Below are positions 27,041-40,389 of a stretch of DNA of 64,000 bases, in pieces (position 1 is the first letter of the stretch; each line of letters opens with the position of its first letter). Both the position numbers and the translations under genes were made by a program. The notes below the pieces were generated by a model. It ran no database searches. It had not been told where the DNA came from and was given only the letters and a program-made list of their open reading frames with translations. This stretch comes from Camelus ferus (lineage: Eukaryota), in NCBI RefSeq assembly GCF_009834535.1, contig NC_045696.1, forward strand, positions 60,886,001 to 60,950,000, in the 5' to 3' direction.

Positions 27041-28135
27041 CTAAATAAAGTAACACATAAATATAACCAAATTATTTACTCATCAGAAATATATGTGTCA
27101 CCCTTCCCTTTTAATCACAGTCAGCTTTTTACTTAATGTTTATTGGAAACAGAAGGCATTTCTATCAAGTATATACAGTAATACTAAAAATCTACCCATT
27201 ATAACAAATTATATCATTTGTTATTTTAGGTGCTTAAGTGATATAAATATAGGTTTGTGTTTTCTAGTCACTATTAAGTTTCAGTAACATATAAAACAAA
27301 TAATTTATGATTACAAACACTTAGAATACCAAGTAAACTTATACTAATTAGTTAGGCATAGTCAGGGATTTAAAGCATTGCTCCCCATGGATTGTATTGG
27401 CAACTTTTGTTTTTAGGAATCCAACAATAATGCACAATTATGTTTTCAATTCTACTTCCTGTAAGAGAGAAAAGCAGGAAATGATTAAGTATTAAAGTTA
27501 TATATACTTCTGTTGCTACCTACTGACTTCTGTCCCACAAGTCAATACATAAATTCTTTAGGATTATGAGACCTTTCTATAATTATGAAGTTTACTCAAA
27601 GTTTTACAGTTGCCATAAAGACACTTACACAAGACCATCAATCGATTGCAGAGTAAGAAAAGCCAGTGAAAAATATGGGCCAGTAAAAACTTTTTAGATT
27701 GAAAATGTCTAGAATCTACATGTTAAGGTAACTCATAATAACTTTATTATTAAATAGTTTCATTTTAGTCACTGACAAACAAAGGACAAAACTGACTAAA
27801 TGAGGAACTTAAGATTTTAGAAAATAGGAAGGTAAAAAACAATGGTCAAGAAATGCACAGATATCTTTAGTCTGGAAGTTGAGTATTTTTATTTGTCTTT
27901 AGCATTTACATTGTCTACGTTTAAAGTTTAGTAGAAAGAAATAACTCAAATTTTATTAGAAAAAAAATTTAAGGAAGAATAATTCAAATTTTTAAAAAGT
28001 CAACTTAGTAAAAGGAAAAACACTGTTGAAAACATTACCTATCTTCCATCCAATTTATTCAAGGCTTCCAAAGAATACATTTGGGTATGAATTTATTGAT
28101 TTCATTTATTTTTTTTTTCACTATTTGCCAATTTC

Positions 28136-28821
28136 TTTTTTTTTTATGAAGTTAGTCAGTTTACAATGTTGTGTCAATTTCTGGTGTACATGTACATACA
28201 TGTATTCCTTTTCATACTCTTTTTCATTATAGGTCTCTACAAGATATTGAATATATTTCCCTGTGCTATACAGTATAAACTTGTTTATCTATTTTATTTA
28301 TAGTAGTTAGCATCTGCCAATCTCGAACTCCCAATTTATCCCTTCACACTCCCTTTCCACTCTGGTACCCATTAAGTTTGTTTTCTTTGTCAGTGAATCT
28401 GTTTCTGTTTTGTAAATAAGTTCATTTGTGTCTTTTTTTTAGATTTCACATATAAGTGATATCATATGGTATTTTTCTTTCTCTTTCTGGCTTTCTTCAC
28501 TTACAATGACAATCTCCAGGTCCATCCATGTTGCAGCAAATGGCATTATTTTATTATTCTTTACGGTTGAGTAGTATTCTATTGTATAAATATAGCACAA
28601 CTTCTTTACCCAGTCATCTGTTGATGGACATTTAGGTTGTTTCCATGTCTTGGCTATTGAAAACATTGCTGCTATGAACCCTGGGGTGCATGTATCTTTT
28701 CGAATTAGAGTTCCCTCTGGATATATGCCCAGAAGTGGGATTGCTGGATCATATGGTAAGTCTATTCTTAGTTTTCTAATAAATCTCCATACTGTTTTCC
28801 ATAATGGCTGCACCAATTTAC
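28136..28821 (-). mobile_element. 5'-truncated L1 3' end
   Basis: ORF 28439..28816 ([11 protein letters not shown]...[12 protein letters not shown]...MPFAATWMDLE) is the ORF2 C-terminus; T-tract at left end. Confidence 0.93.
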
Positions 28822-28940
28822 ATGAATTTATTTTAAAAGAACTTAATTTCTAATAAAAAGATAAATGCATATAACTTAAGTTTTAAACTTCATCCTTTGT
28901 TGAAAAAGTGCGTAACATATTCAAATAAACTATGGTTTAC

Positions 28941-29077
28941 CTGTGCAGGAGGAGACTGTAGTGGATTATTATCTAGGATGATCATCTGTAGGTGCCTGAG
29001 ATTCCGGTAACAAACAGGAATTGTTGTAATTTTATTGCAGGAAAAGTCTAACCGTATCAAAGGCAACTCTGCTAGCT
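28941..29077 (-). CDS. LRCH3: LRCH3 exon 5 (137 nt): LAELPLIRLDFSCNKITTIPVCYRNLRHLQMIILDNNPLQSPPAQ
   Basis: ctgcag acceptor, gtaaac donor; last LRR and cap motif NPLQSPP. Confidence 0.95.
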
Positions 29078-29849
29078 CTGCAGGGCAATGAGATGGAAAT
29101 GAACAATTAATGACATTTCAAAACTAGACAATTTTCACAGGAGCTTCTAGCTAAATACAATGGATTTAACATAAGTATTTACTTCCATTCTTTCTTAGTG
29201 ATGAACTGATACAGCAAAGTGGCGTAAAATGAAACCTAGGTGCTTACAGACAGGAATACTATTAAGAAGCACATTACCTGACCCCTTATAGAATAGAAGG
29301 TCTCAGAAACTAGGCCTGATACCACAGAAAGGTGGGAATAACAAGAAGATTAGATGATAATCTATATAAAGGACAAGTTAGATGCCCAGGTCTCCAATCC
29401 CAACTCATGCAGCTAGGACGTTATCCATCTCTGGTCACCACAGGAGTCAACAAGTTATCCTCTAGTGAAATTGAATTGAAAGGCTCTGAATTCAGGGACC
29501 AGGCACAATGGAAAGACAGGATTACTGAAAGAGGAGGCTTTAAGTGAAAGTCTATGCACAATGGCAAGATCTTAGCACTTCCTACCCAGCCTTACCCTAC
29601 TCCCAATTCTAAAATGGCCGTAGTTAGGCATATGTACAGCAATGTAGAAGAAAGAAAACACCTTTCTTTGGAGAAACTACACAGCCCCATATAGAAGGCC
29701 TTTAGATACTGATATGGAGTTTCCCCTAATAAAATACCTAGCTTGCTGTTTAATTACCATTATACAATTCCTCCCCAGTATTCTTAGAACATCTAATCAG
29801 CTCTATACAGACAGTATACAACCCATGGGCATTTAGAAAAGCCTCCAAC

Positions 29850-31385
29850 ATGTAAAACAGAAATCAAAACCCACAAACCAATCAAAAAAAGAACTCAAAA
29901 CACAGGCAATACACAGGGAAACTCTGAAAAACTAGAATTGTTGTCTCTAATTTCAGAGAGATAAGATTCTAAATTACTGAAACAAGGAAGGAATTTTTTT
30001 TTTAAATCAGAGAAAAACAAAGGTTCTTATACATGAAAAATATGATGGTGGAAATTAAAAATTCAGAAGAATGGTTAGAATATAAACAGTTGGAACTGTT
30101 TACCACCCGGTAAAACAAAATGACAAAGAAATGAACAATAAACAAGTAAGAAAACCATAGGGTCAATTAAAGAGGTTCAATAACCAATTTATAAAAATTA
30201 TAAAGAGAAAACAGAAATAAGAACACAGGAAATTATCAAAATGAGATATAAGACAATTTTGCAGAATGAAAGATGTGATTCTCTGGTTTAGAAATAAACC
30301 CATCAAGTATATAGCATATTGAATTAAAACAACTCAGGAGGGGAGGGTATAGTTCAAGTGGTAGAGCGCATGCTTAGCAAGCACAAGGTTCTGGGTTCAA
30401 TCCCCAGTACCTCCATCAAAAAACATAAATAAGTAAATAAACCTAATTACCTCCTCCCCTCTAAAAAGATGTTTGAAAAAACAAAAACAACTAATATTAT
30501 GGCACATCATCATAAACTGCAGAGTGGTAAAAAAAAAGGAAGGATCTTAAAATCTTCCAGAGAGAAAAAAAATTGGTCACAAACAGTGGACTAGAATTAG
30601 GAATGGCATCAAATTTTCAACCATTAATTTTTAAAATGAAGAGCTAAAAGTGAAAAAACACTTGAAAATCCTAAGAGAAAAAATCATTTTCAACCTAGAA
30701 TCTATAACCAAATTATTAATCAAGGGTAAGCACAGAACAGAGATACTTCTTTTTAAGTGAAGTCTCAGGAAATGTTTTCCTATAACATGTTCTTAGGAAA
30801 CCATAGAAAATGCCCTCCAGCAAAACAAGGAAGTAAAGTAAGAAAGAAGAATTATTTGTCAGTTATACCTCAATAACTGAAAGTTTTTTAAAAAGTAAGA
30901 AAGAAGAAGACATGAAATCCAGGAATAAGAGTATTTAGCACAGAAGAAAGCAGGCTAGGCTGCAATAACAGAGAACAACCAGTCCAGACTGGAAGAGAAG
31001 GAAAAAAGACTCAATGAGGGAGCTATTCAGGGGTAAAAAAATGATAAAAAATAATCTGGTTTGACTAATAAGGCTGCTGGGAAAAGAGGGAGGAAGTAGC
31101 CACTGGTACAAAAACCAAGTAAATTTTTTAAAAAGGGAGGAATTATTAACTCTAGAAAAACAACAACAAAAACAAGATGAACAGTTGATAAATCCAATAC
31201 ATCATTTAGAAATATGTCTGTAAATACCAGTGGAAAGAGTCAAAGAAGTTGAAGGTATATGCTATTGGCCACTGAAACTGGGGACGGGGAATGGTTGAGG
31301 CAGGGGAATGCTATTATGTACTTTAAGCTTTTTATTATTATTTGACTTTTTGAATAATGTATTTCAGAAAAATTAAAATTTAAAA
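29850..31385 (+). mobile_element. Very degenerate L1/HAL1 ORF1-like relic
   Basis: A-rich, with ORF1-like motifs (TTCAACCTAGAATCTATAACCAAATTATTAATCAAG); boundaries approximate. Confidence 0.5.
30337..30480 (+). mobile_element. tRNA-Ala-derived SINE (camelid Vic-1-like)
   Basis: A-box TAGTTCAAGTGG, AGC anticodon-like loop, B-box GGTTCAATCC, AT-rich tail ending AACCTAATTACCTCC; flanking repeat AAAACAACT at 30326-30334 and 30484-30492. Confidence 0.85.
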
Positions 31386-33082
31386 TCAAAATGGCAACAC
31401 AACAAAAGACATCATATATTTATCTACCAAACTGTAATATATTAGAGACCACTAATTAACATGAACTTTCATACTAATTTGTGTAGCTGTTGGATAAAGC
31501 TTTCCTGCCATCTCAATTTAACTGAATATGCTGAGATTACAAGATAAGTCAAGAAAAAAAACACTTGAAACTATCTGTGTGACAATTTTCTTGGTAATAT
31601 GCATTCTAAGTAAGATATAGAAATAAATTAGATGATAAAACTATTAGACTGCAATCATCATCTGAAACCCTAGATTTTCCTTTTCAGCAAAACCCCAGTA
31701 TTTTCATTAATTAATTTTGTATTAAGTCAGTAATATTACATTAGTAAACCTTTAAAGATCAACCACAGTAGGTAGGTCCTGAGTAGACGGGCAATCCTGA
31801 TAAGAGATTTTTGAGTTATAAGGTCCTATGTCGTGACTTTGGTCAGTTCTGCTGATGGCCTCATTCCCTTTCCTGAGATGGCAGAAGGCAGAACCAGGAG
31901 TAAATAAGGAAGGCTCTTAGGATAAAAGGTAAAAAGGTTACTGGACAAGCCTAGTAAGAGGAAAGATATGCAGGATTTGGGGTAGTATGGGTGGAGTAAG
32001 TACATAAAAGTGGACTGGAAGAGTCACTCTTTCAGATGCCTACTTGCGATCAAAAAATGTCAAAGCTACATACACTAATTATGTTAGGACTAAATACTAC
32101 ACCATATCAAACTGGTGTAAACATTTGGATTTTACAGTGAAGCAAAAGCATCATTAGTTAATTCAACATTTATTATACACTAGAAGTCATGTTTATAGAA
32201 GAACCTAGATAATTATTGTCATGAAAACATCTTTTCAAGATTCCTTATCTTTGAGACAGACACTCTGAAATGTTTACAGATGAATTTCTGGAAACTGTTA
32301 ATCTAGAGGACAGAGTAAGAGAAAGTGAATGGGAGTATAGATGAAACAAGGGTTTCCATGAACTGATGACTATTGTGGCTGGGTGATTCACTGCTCTCAG
32401 TTAGCTATGAAATTTTACATTTAAAAGTTATAGAAATACATAATCTAATAAAATAATGATTTTCATCATTCTCATTTCCTTTTATAGGTTTTCCTTTCAT
32501 GAATTTGTATTTCCGAAAGATTGATAAATTATACTTATGAATCATGTTTATCATTCAAATACATATTCCAGAGCTTATAGTCAGCTTAAGATAACCAGTC
32601 TCCCAGTACAGTCTCTCACTCCATTCATAATTCACTTTACATTTCACCTCTACACAGTTAAATAGCCTCTATCTGAATATTTCCAATGAAGGATAGTTAT
32701 TAAGTTCAAATCAAGTCCACTTTTAAGTCAATCAGTGCTAACTGCAGGAATGTTTTCATCATACAAAACTAACCCCTTATCAAAAACATGCTGTATTTCT
32801 CCCAAATAGTTATGTCTACTGAAACTTCCAGTGACCCTACCCTGAATTATCGATTACATCAGTTAACAAGAACTAAAAACACAATCACTGTTCAATAGTT
32901 ACTAGAGTTTCTCACTATAGAGTCTAGTTTTTAAAATCCACAATGGAAAACATAATAATAAGCCATTACATCTCAAACACTGGCTGTAACTTTCATACAT
33001 TTTGTCTTATGCTCATCAGTCTGAGAGATCTTTAATACAAAAAGGCAAATAATAATAAAACAAGTATTTCACAGTTTCTTAC

Positions 33083-33188
33083 CTTCAGGCAAACGTACTA
33101 AGTGATTTCTTCTTACATTGAGGTCTCTCAAGGCCTCCAAATTACCAATTTGGGAAGGTATTGTTTGAATTTCATTGCAGCTCACATC
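33083..33188 (-). CDS. LRCH3: LRCH3 exon 4 (106 nt): DVSCNEIQTIPSQIGNLEALRDLNVRRNHLVRLP(E)
   Basis: atag acceptor, gtaaga donor; LRR; phase consistent. Confidence 0.95.
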
Positions 33189-34702
33189 CTATATCAAAAA
33201 GATACAAAGTAAAGAACTGTACTAATATTACACACTTGACTACTTCAAACTATCTGTGAAATGAGGCTGGACAAGATACCTATGGTCCTTCCTAGCTGTA
33301 AAAAAGTATTATGATTCTGTGTCCAAGAATAATCTCATAGTTTGTACTAGCATTTAATTTTCAAAACATACAGGCTTTTGATCAACTTTATACATTTTAT
33401 ATAGATCTATATTAATTTTGAGAGCAGAACTGAAATTAAATGACTTAAGATTTGAGTAGGAGGTCTAGAACATCACATCAAATGAACATGTTGGTGAAAA
33501 GGTAAAAAAAGTAATAAAAACAGATTTAGAATATTTTTATTTCATATTGTTTTAAAGAAACTAGAAGAAAAAAACCAAAACAATGATAAAAATTACAATA
33601 AAATTATTTGAAAGAAAATTCTATTTTCAGAATATCAGTTCAGCTGTTCAAGAATATAAAATAAAAATGCATTGAAGATGACTCAAATCATTCTTTATCA
33701 AACTGAATGTGAGGAAAAAAAATAAAGTACACATAACTCAAAGGCTATAGAAAAAATAGATACTGCTTTATTAGCATCAGCTCAACCTAATTCCAATACA
33801 TATATTAGGCTGGCCTTCTGGAATCTTGATAAATAGCTTTATTCCACTGGTTCTAAAAAGAGACTGACTATAGGTTCCAAGATTGGTAAATTCAGAATTC
33901 CGTAATTCTGAGACAAGCCAGAAGAATTTATAAACCCATGCATAGCAAAAGGGAGCAGCCCACGTTAATAAAATCTCTAAGATGCCACAGTAACACTTAA
34001 AATTCCTCTAATATATGAATAAAAAGAAAATATTGAGACTTACTACTGGAAAAGACCACTTACCAAAAACTTCAATAAGCTTCAGATATTATTTTTAAAT
34101 TTTCCCAAAATATTCTTAGGAAAAAAAAACAACTATGTTTACCTTTCCTACCCACTAATGACTGAAGTAGAATCAGAAGCTAGACTTCTTAGTCCAGTGC
34201 TCTAGGTATCAAAGTTAAAAAGATTCTAAAAGAAGTTGAAAGGATAGGAAAATTAAGCCTGAGCCAGAAGGGAATAGCAATCTATAATATTTCCCTGAGG
34301 AAATGTGTTATGTTGAAAGACAGCAGTTCACTTTCACTGAAAAAAAAAAAAAAAAAAGGGAAAAAAGCAATAAGGAAGCTGGATAAGACCGTCAAGTGGG
34401 AATCAGAAGCATCAGGATTATTAATTTTTACTCTGCCACATACTGTTTGTATGATCAGAGATGTCAGTTCACCTCTTTTGTAGAAAACTAAACTCATCTT
34501 CTGTGAAACACATCTTGTGAAACATATCTCTTTTCAGTATTTAGGATTCAGTAAGTAGAAACAGAAAGTTTAAACAGTGGTCTAGTATCTAGACTCAATA
34601 TTTAATATATTTGTGAATTCTTATAGATGACCTTTTATATTCATAATTCATCTGAAAAAAAAAAAGTGAGCTAACAAGTGGTCCAATTAGACTATATGCG
34701 TA

Positions 34703-35025
34703 CAGCCAGTCATCTCTCAGTATCTGCAAGGGATTGTTGGTACCAGGACTCCAAGAACACCAAAATCCAGGGATGTTCAAGTCTCACATAAAATGCTGTG
34801 GTATTTGCATATAACCTGTACACATCTTCCTGTATGCTTTAAGTCACCTCTAGATGACTTAAAATACCTAACACGATGTAAACACTATGTAAATTGTTGC
34901 CATGCAGAGCAAATTCAAATTTTGCTCTTTGGAAATTTCTGGAATTTTTTAAAAAATATTTTTGATTCACAGTTGGTTCCAGTTCCAGTTCCAGACACGG
35001 AATCTATGATACAGAGAGCCAACTG
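34703..35025. mobile_element. MER2-type TcMar-Tigger MITE
   Basis: TA|CAG...CTG|TA termini; core GTATTTGCATATAACCT...CTCTAGATGACTTAAAATACCTAA. Confidence 0.8.
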
Positions 35026-35836
35026 TATTTATTTTTTGTTTATGATATCTATCTTTGTTAATAAACCTACAAAGAACTGCACTCCCAAATCTCAATCGAC
35101 ATAATTATATTTGACCATTTCAGAAATATGAAACATGGGCTTTGGAGTTAAAGTAGACTGGTTTCAAATTCTACTTTGGTTATGGAACCTTGGGCAAATT
35201 ACTCAACCTTTCTGAATGCTATTCCCTTAGCTGTAATATGATGATGATTATAGTACCCAATTAATAATGTTAATGTGGTGATTTAATAAAAAAAGTTTTA
35301 TTCCTATGCCCAGAACTTAAGCATGTAAGGGTAACAAGAAGTGGAGATGAAGGTTAAGCTTTTTAGAAATATAAAGCAGTTAAGAATAGCTTACTTTAGA
35401 GTGGGAAATATTTTCTAAATATAGCATGTAAGGCAAAAAAAGAATAAATCTGACCTTTGTACTGTCCACTCCCTATACGGACTAGCCAAAAATCAGAATA
35501 TTAATGCTATTAACAATATTTAATTTGAAAAATTCAAACGCATTATTAACTTATGTCTCAAAAGTTTAATAACATAGAAATCAATTAATATTGGTTAGAA
35601 CCTAATTCTAAGGACCTTTTCCCATTCCATGTGAGCCTATTGGAATTAAGAAAGAGCCTGTAAGAACTCTTTCTTAATTCTGTGTTGAAGCACTTGAATG
35701 CTGATCAGTCAGTAAAACTTCATCATCAATACCTGAAAATAACTCAAAACACACCCTAATAACAGGTCCTTACCACATAAGAGTATGCGGAAATATATAC
35801 ATGTATGGGACAATAAAAAAAGAAATATTAACTTAC

Positions 35837-35963
35837 AAGTTCTGTTAAATGTCTGAGATGTCCAATTTCTTCTGGAAGTGAGACCAATTTGTTATTACTA
35901 GCTATTAAGACTTTCAATGGTAAATTACACAAGTGTATTGGCAATGTTGACAGTTGGTTCCGA
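35837..35963 (-). CDS. LRCH3: LRCH3 exon 3 (127 nt): RNQLSTLPIHLCNLPLKVLIASNNKLVSLPEEIGHLRHLTEL
   Basis: tcgtag acceptor, gtaagt donor; LRR repeats; phase consistent. Confidence 0.95.
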
Positions 35964-37464
35964 CTACGAATGGGTAAGCAGAGAAAGAGAATAGTCAGAG
36001 CTCACCATTCAAGGAAAAAAAATTGCCATCTTCTCATTCTGTACTCAGTAAAAATAACAAATGTTAAGTCTTGCAAGGAACAAACAGAATATTAGATATG
36101 CATTCTAGCCTTCATTTCCTCACTTGTCAGCTTTGTGGTTTTAGGGGCAGCATTTAACTTAGTTGCATCTCACACAGATTCCTCATCTGTAAATTACAGG
36201 ACTCATAGGGCTCTTACACCATAAAACTTCTTTGTAAATAATGAAGTGTCATATAAACACAACATACTGTTATTTTATTAAAATTACATTTATATAGGAA
36301 AAAATTATTTTAAGATAGGGTAGATAACGAACATCCTCTCCTCTCTCCTCTTCATTCCAAAGAATTATAAACATAAAATGCAATCTACTTCCTTCATCAT
36401 TGCAGTATTTTAGCCAAATGTAAATAAATGACCCCAATATAGTTCTATGGAAAAAAATGACAGGTTGTGATTTCAAATATATCATATGAAGTATAGGTAA
36501 TGAATCTTTTATTATATACAATAAAAATATACAAATCAGAACTAAAAGTAAAAAACAGAGCTCTCATTAGGATAAGAATAAGTTAAAATTTTACTTATGC
36601 AGATTTAATCCCTTAATCCTTAGGACCAATTGCTTCCATTTTCAAGATCTTTTGATGATTTTACTAAGATAGATCATGAGCCTTAAAAAAATTTCATCTA
36701 ATAATAATTCTACTCCTAGACATTTGCACACAAAACTCTTACTAGAACTACTTTTATCATGAGAAAAAGCTGAAATAATAACTAAATATTCGAGAGGGAA
36801 AATGAATTTTAGAAATATACAATCTGTACATTAAAATAATTACATATGAAAATATTTCCAAAGGCTATTTCATGACAAGGGGAAAACATTTAAAAATTTG
36901 ACTAACTGCCTGGAAAAAAAGGTAAAGTTCATCTATACAACTATACAACTTCAGACACAACATTTTAATGAATTTCCTTTACTTTTCTACATTTGTTTAT
37001 TTTCTCTAATCAATATTTATAACTTTTATAATGAAATAAAATAACAAAAGAATTCTTGTAAGATGTGAAAAAATGGAGTAGATGAGTTATAAATGCATTT
37101 ATACATTCAGAACATAGTACACAAAATCACAAAACGAAACAAAGGAATTTCAGATCTACTATTCTCATTTGATGAAGCTTATTTGAAAATGTAATCGGAG
37201 AACCACAGCTACAAGACTGCTACAAGCCTGTTAAGCTAATGGCTCTTAGAATTTAATTATTGCAAAGACAAAAACAAAGTGAGAATTTAGAATGATATAT
37301 AAAATACTGCTAATTTAGCCTAAGAACATATAGAGATAACTGCTGATATAAACAGATAATGTAAATCTTAGTGAAAAGGAAGAGGGAAATTGAAAATAGC
37401 ACACAAAACTAAAAAATTCTTAAAAATTAAAAATTAAAAAAAGAGAAAGAAACAACATCCTTAC

Positions 37465-37609
37465 CTAATATTTAAGAATGTTAGAGCTTGCAGGTTTAGA
37501 ATTGCCTCTGGTATATACCGAATACAATTCTGGTATAAATTGAGATTCTCAAGAGACACGAAGTGACATGCTTCTATGGGAATTTCTGAGAGGCGATTTC
37601 GTGATAGAT
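37465..37609 (-). CDS. LRCH3: LRCH3 coding exon 2 (145 nt), LRR region: (D)LSRNRLSEIPIEACHFVSLENLNLYQNCIRYIPEAILNLQALTFLNI(S)
   Basis: tttcag acceptor, gtaagg donor; LxxLxLxxN LRR motif; matches recalled human LRCH3 peptide; frame continues into next exon. Confidence 0.95.
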
Positions 37610-39898
37610 CTGAAAGAAAAAATTAATTAAGTCTAAAATCAGTTCCTAGAACTTAGTTTACTGAAATGTTAAATGAAAAAGCAGGTTCCATAATTGAATT
37701 TCTGAGTTCCTATTCTGGAGATTGGTCCAGAGTTAATCAAATATTAACTGACTGAATAAACCATTTTAACATATGCTTCTACACTTGTTGCTGGGAAATG
37801 TTGGTTCCTTTCCAGTCTCCACATATACTAAAAATGAAATCATTATTCTTTGCAAGTAACACAAATTCTAAGGCATATCTGCCTACAAATTATATCACAG
37901 ATCATGCTAAGTACCAAACAGTCTAGAAAACAAATGGACCCCTAAAATCCACCTTCCCAAAAGCACAGACAACATTCTAAGGTTTTCAGAAAAGTGAAGC
38001 AAAACAAAACAAAAAATACTCTCCCTTTCTTTACCAGTTAAAAAGTATCAGGGACATGTCAAAGGGACTCAGGAACCATCTTTGCTCCCACTGGCTAAAG
38101 ATGAGACAATCTGACCTTCAATAAAGATAATAATTGCAAAGGGTTGAAATCTATCACATATTACTCAGTTAGATGAGTTTATAATGACCCCCTCCAAAAG
38201 ACGACAGAGAATCAATTCATTATAAACTGATAAAGGGGAAATAAATCTAACATCTACCTTGCCTTCTTTATATGAACTCTATCCATGAGTAGCCAAACAG
38301 ATGAAAGGAAGCATTGCTAAGTAAGTGCTCTAGCTATAAATGAAAAATAATGATAGAATATCACCATTTTGCAACCCTCAATGAATTAATGGGTCTAGAA
38401 TTTAGTATTAATGCCTATTATTTTTACAAAAAGACAATCAGAAAGTATATGCCTCCCTACTAGAATAACAGGACATCATTTATAGTCTTGCCAAAGGGAC
38501 AGAACCTGAATTTAATCAAGCTTTTGATTACCTGCAAACTTTCAGGAAATGCAGAAAACAAAAGAATATGCTGAAATACAGTCACTCTATCAGTATCCAT
38601 TTACATTTAATTAAATACACTATCAGATTCATTTACTCACCATTGTTTTCTCTCTTCTTCTGCCCCTTAAAATTTCTGTTATTTCATGAGAATCCTTTCT
38701 GAGAACTTTCCCTAGATGGAGTATGTGAATTCCTACATATCTCAAGTATGTTGCTTTTACACAAGTGAATGATATTTTGGCTAGGTATAGGCAGTTTTTT
38801 TCTTAGTCATCTGTAGATGTTACTTTACTACTTTTTAGTTTACAGTGTCACACTGAACAGTCCAGCACATATATGATTATTTTTCCTTTGTAAGCAGCTT
38901 GTTCTTTTTGTCTCTTCCACCCTTAAATTAACACTCTGGTCTGGAACTCAGTGGATTCTTTCAATCTTTCTTCAAACCCGAGAAATTCTCCTCTATTTTA
39001 TCCATAGTTTGAAGAAATAAAAGGGATTAACTTAAATTATAAACTGCTGTTTATATACATTTATCCCCACAAATGACAACTTCAGGCAATTAACAAACAA
39101 ATTAAATTTAAGCATGGACTGTTTAAAGTCAGTTTGCCTAATATCTGTATTATAAAGCTAAGTTACTTTAAATCCAGAAAATGAAAAAGATAACTCGTCT
39201 TTTTTTTGTCCCCATACTGACGAGGGGGAAAAAAAGACAGCAAAATATACACTAAGCTTAGATACATCTCAATAAATAAGTAATCCTTAATTTTCAAATA
39301 ATTAGCTAATTTAAAACATCTGTCTGCTTTTGAAATCAGAGTTTCTGAATAAAGGTTCTTATAAGTTCTTCCATTTAAATTATATTTTGATTCCAATTTG
39401 GCAAGACAAGTAGTTTCTTCCTTCTGTTAACTGAGTAACTTTTACATGCTATAAATTCATGAAAGAGACTGAATTAATCAGTTGTGTCACAGCTCTATAT
39501 TATGGAAAACAGAGCAACTAGTTTATTACTAGTTTATAAAGGGTATTTTTTGCCATATTCCCTCGAAGAAATAATTTTACAGCCAAAGAAATGTCATAAA
39601 AGAGGGAAAAAATCTGAAAAAAAAATCTTCAGTTAAAAAAGTATGGATGTTTTATTTTAAAAACTCCTTTTTTGAGTATAAAACAATGCATCTTAACTTC
39701 ATAGATGCAGAAGACTGCATTAAACATATGTATTCAAAGAAATAAAGTACTGCCAAGTCTCCTAGAAGCCCCAAGGTAGCTCTTCCTAATCATAACCCCT
39801 TCCCTCCCCAAAAGAGGAACCAATATACTGATTTTAGTGTTAATCATGTCTTCTATAGTTTTATAGTTCTAACCCTCTATAAAATCTGTTTTGCCTCC

Positions 39899-40384
39899 TG
39901 TACTAGTTTCCTATTGCTGCTGTAACAAATTACCACAAACCCAGTGGCTTAAAACAACAATTTTTTATTATTTTACAGTTCTGGAAAGGTCAGAAGTCAG
40001 AAATGGGTCTCACTGGGCTAAAAGCAAGATGTGTTGTCAGAGCTTCATTCTTTCTGGAGCTTCTAGGGGAGAATCTGTTTCCTCCTCTTTCCCAGCTTCT
40101 ACAAAACTGTCCACATTCCTTGGCTCATAGCCCCATTCCTCTACCATCAAGTCATCAATATCAGATGGAGTCTTTCTGATGCTGCCATCTCTGTGGTTCT
40201 CCCTCTTTTGCCTCCTTCTTCCACTTTTAAGGGTCAAGTGACTTTTACCATCTCCCCCATCTCCCTATTTGAAGGTCAGCTGATTAGCAACCTGAACTCC
40301 CGTTTGCCATGTAGGTCTAACATATTCATAGATTATAGGGATTAGGATGTAGACATCTTTAGGCGGCCATAATTTTGCCTACCA
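39899..40384 (-). mobile_element. MaLR LTR (MLT1-like)
   Basis: TGTACTAGTTTCCTATTGCTGCTGTAACAAATTACCACAAA is the reverse of the MLT1 3' end; TG...CA termini. Confidence 0.82.
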
Positions 40385-40389
40385 TTCCT

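Noticed and set aside
30337..30415. tRNA-Ala(AGC)-like sequences here and at about 42830, 46346 and 54356
   Set aside because: All four share a non-tRNA AT-rich tail, differ by scattered mutations, and at least two have TSDs. They are SINEs, not tRNA genes.
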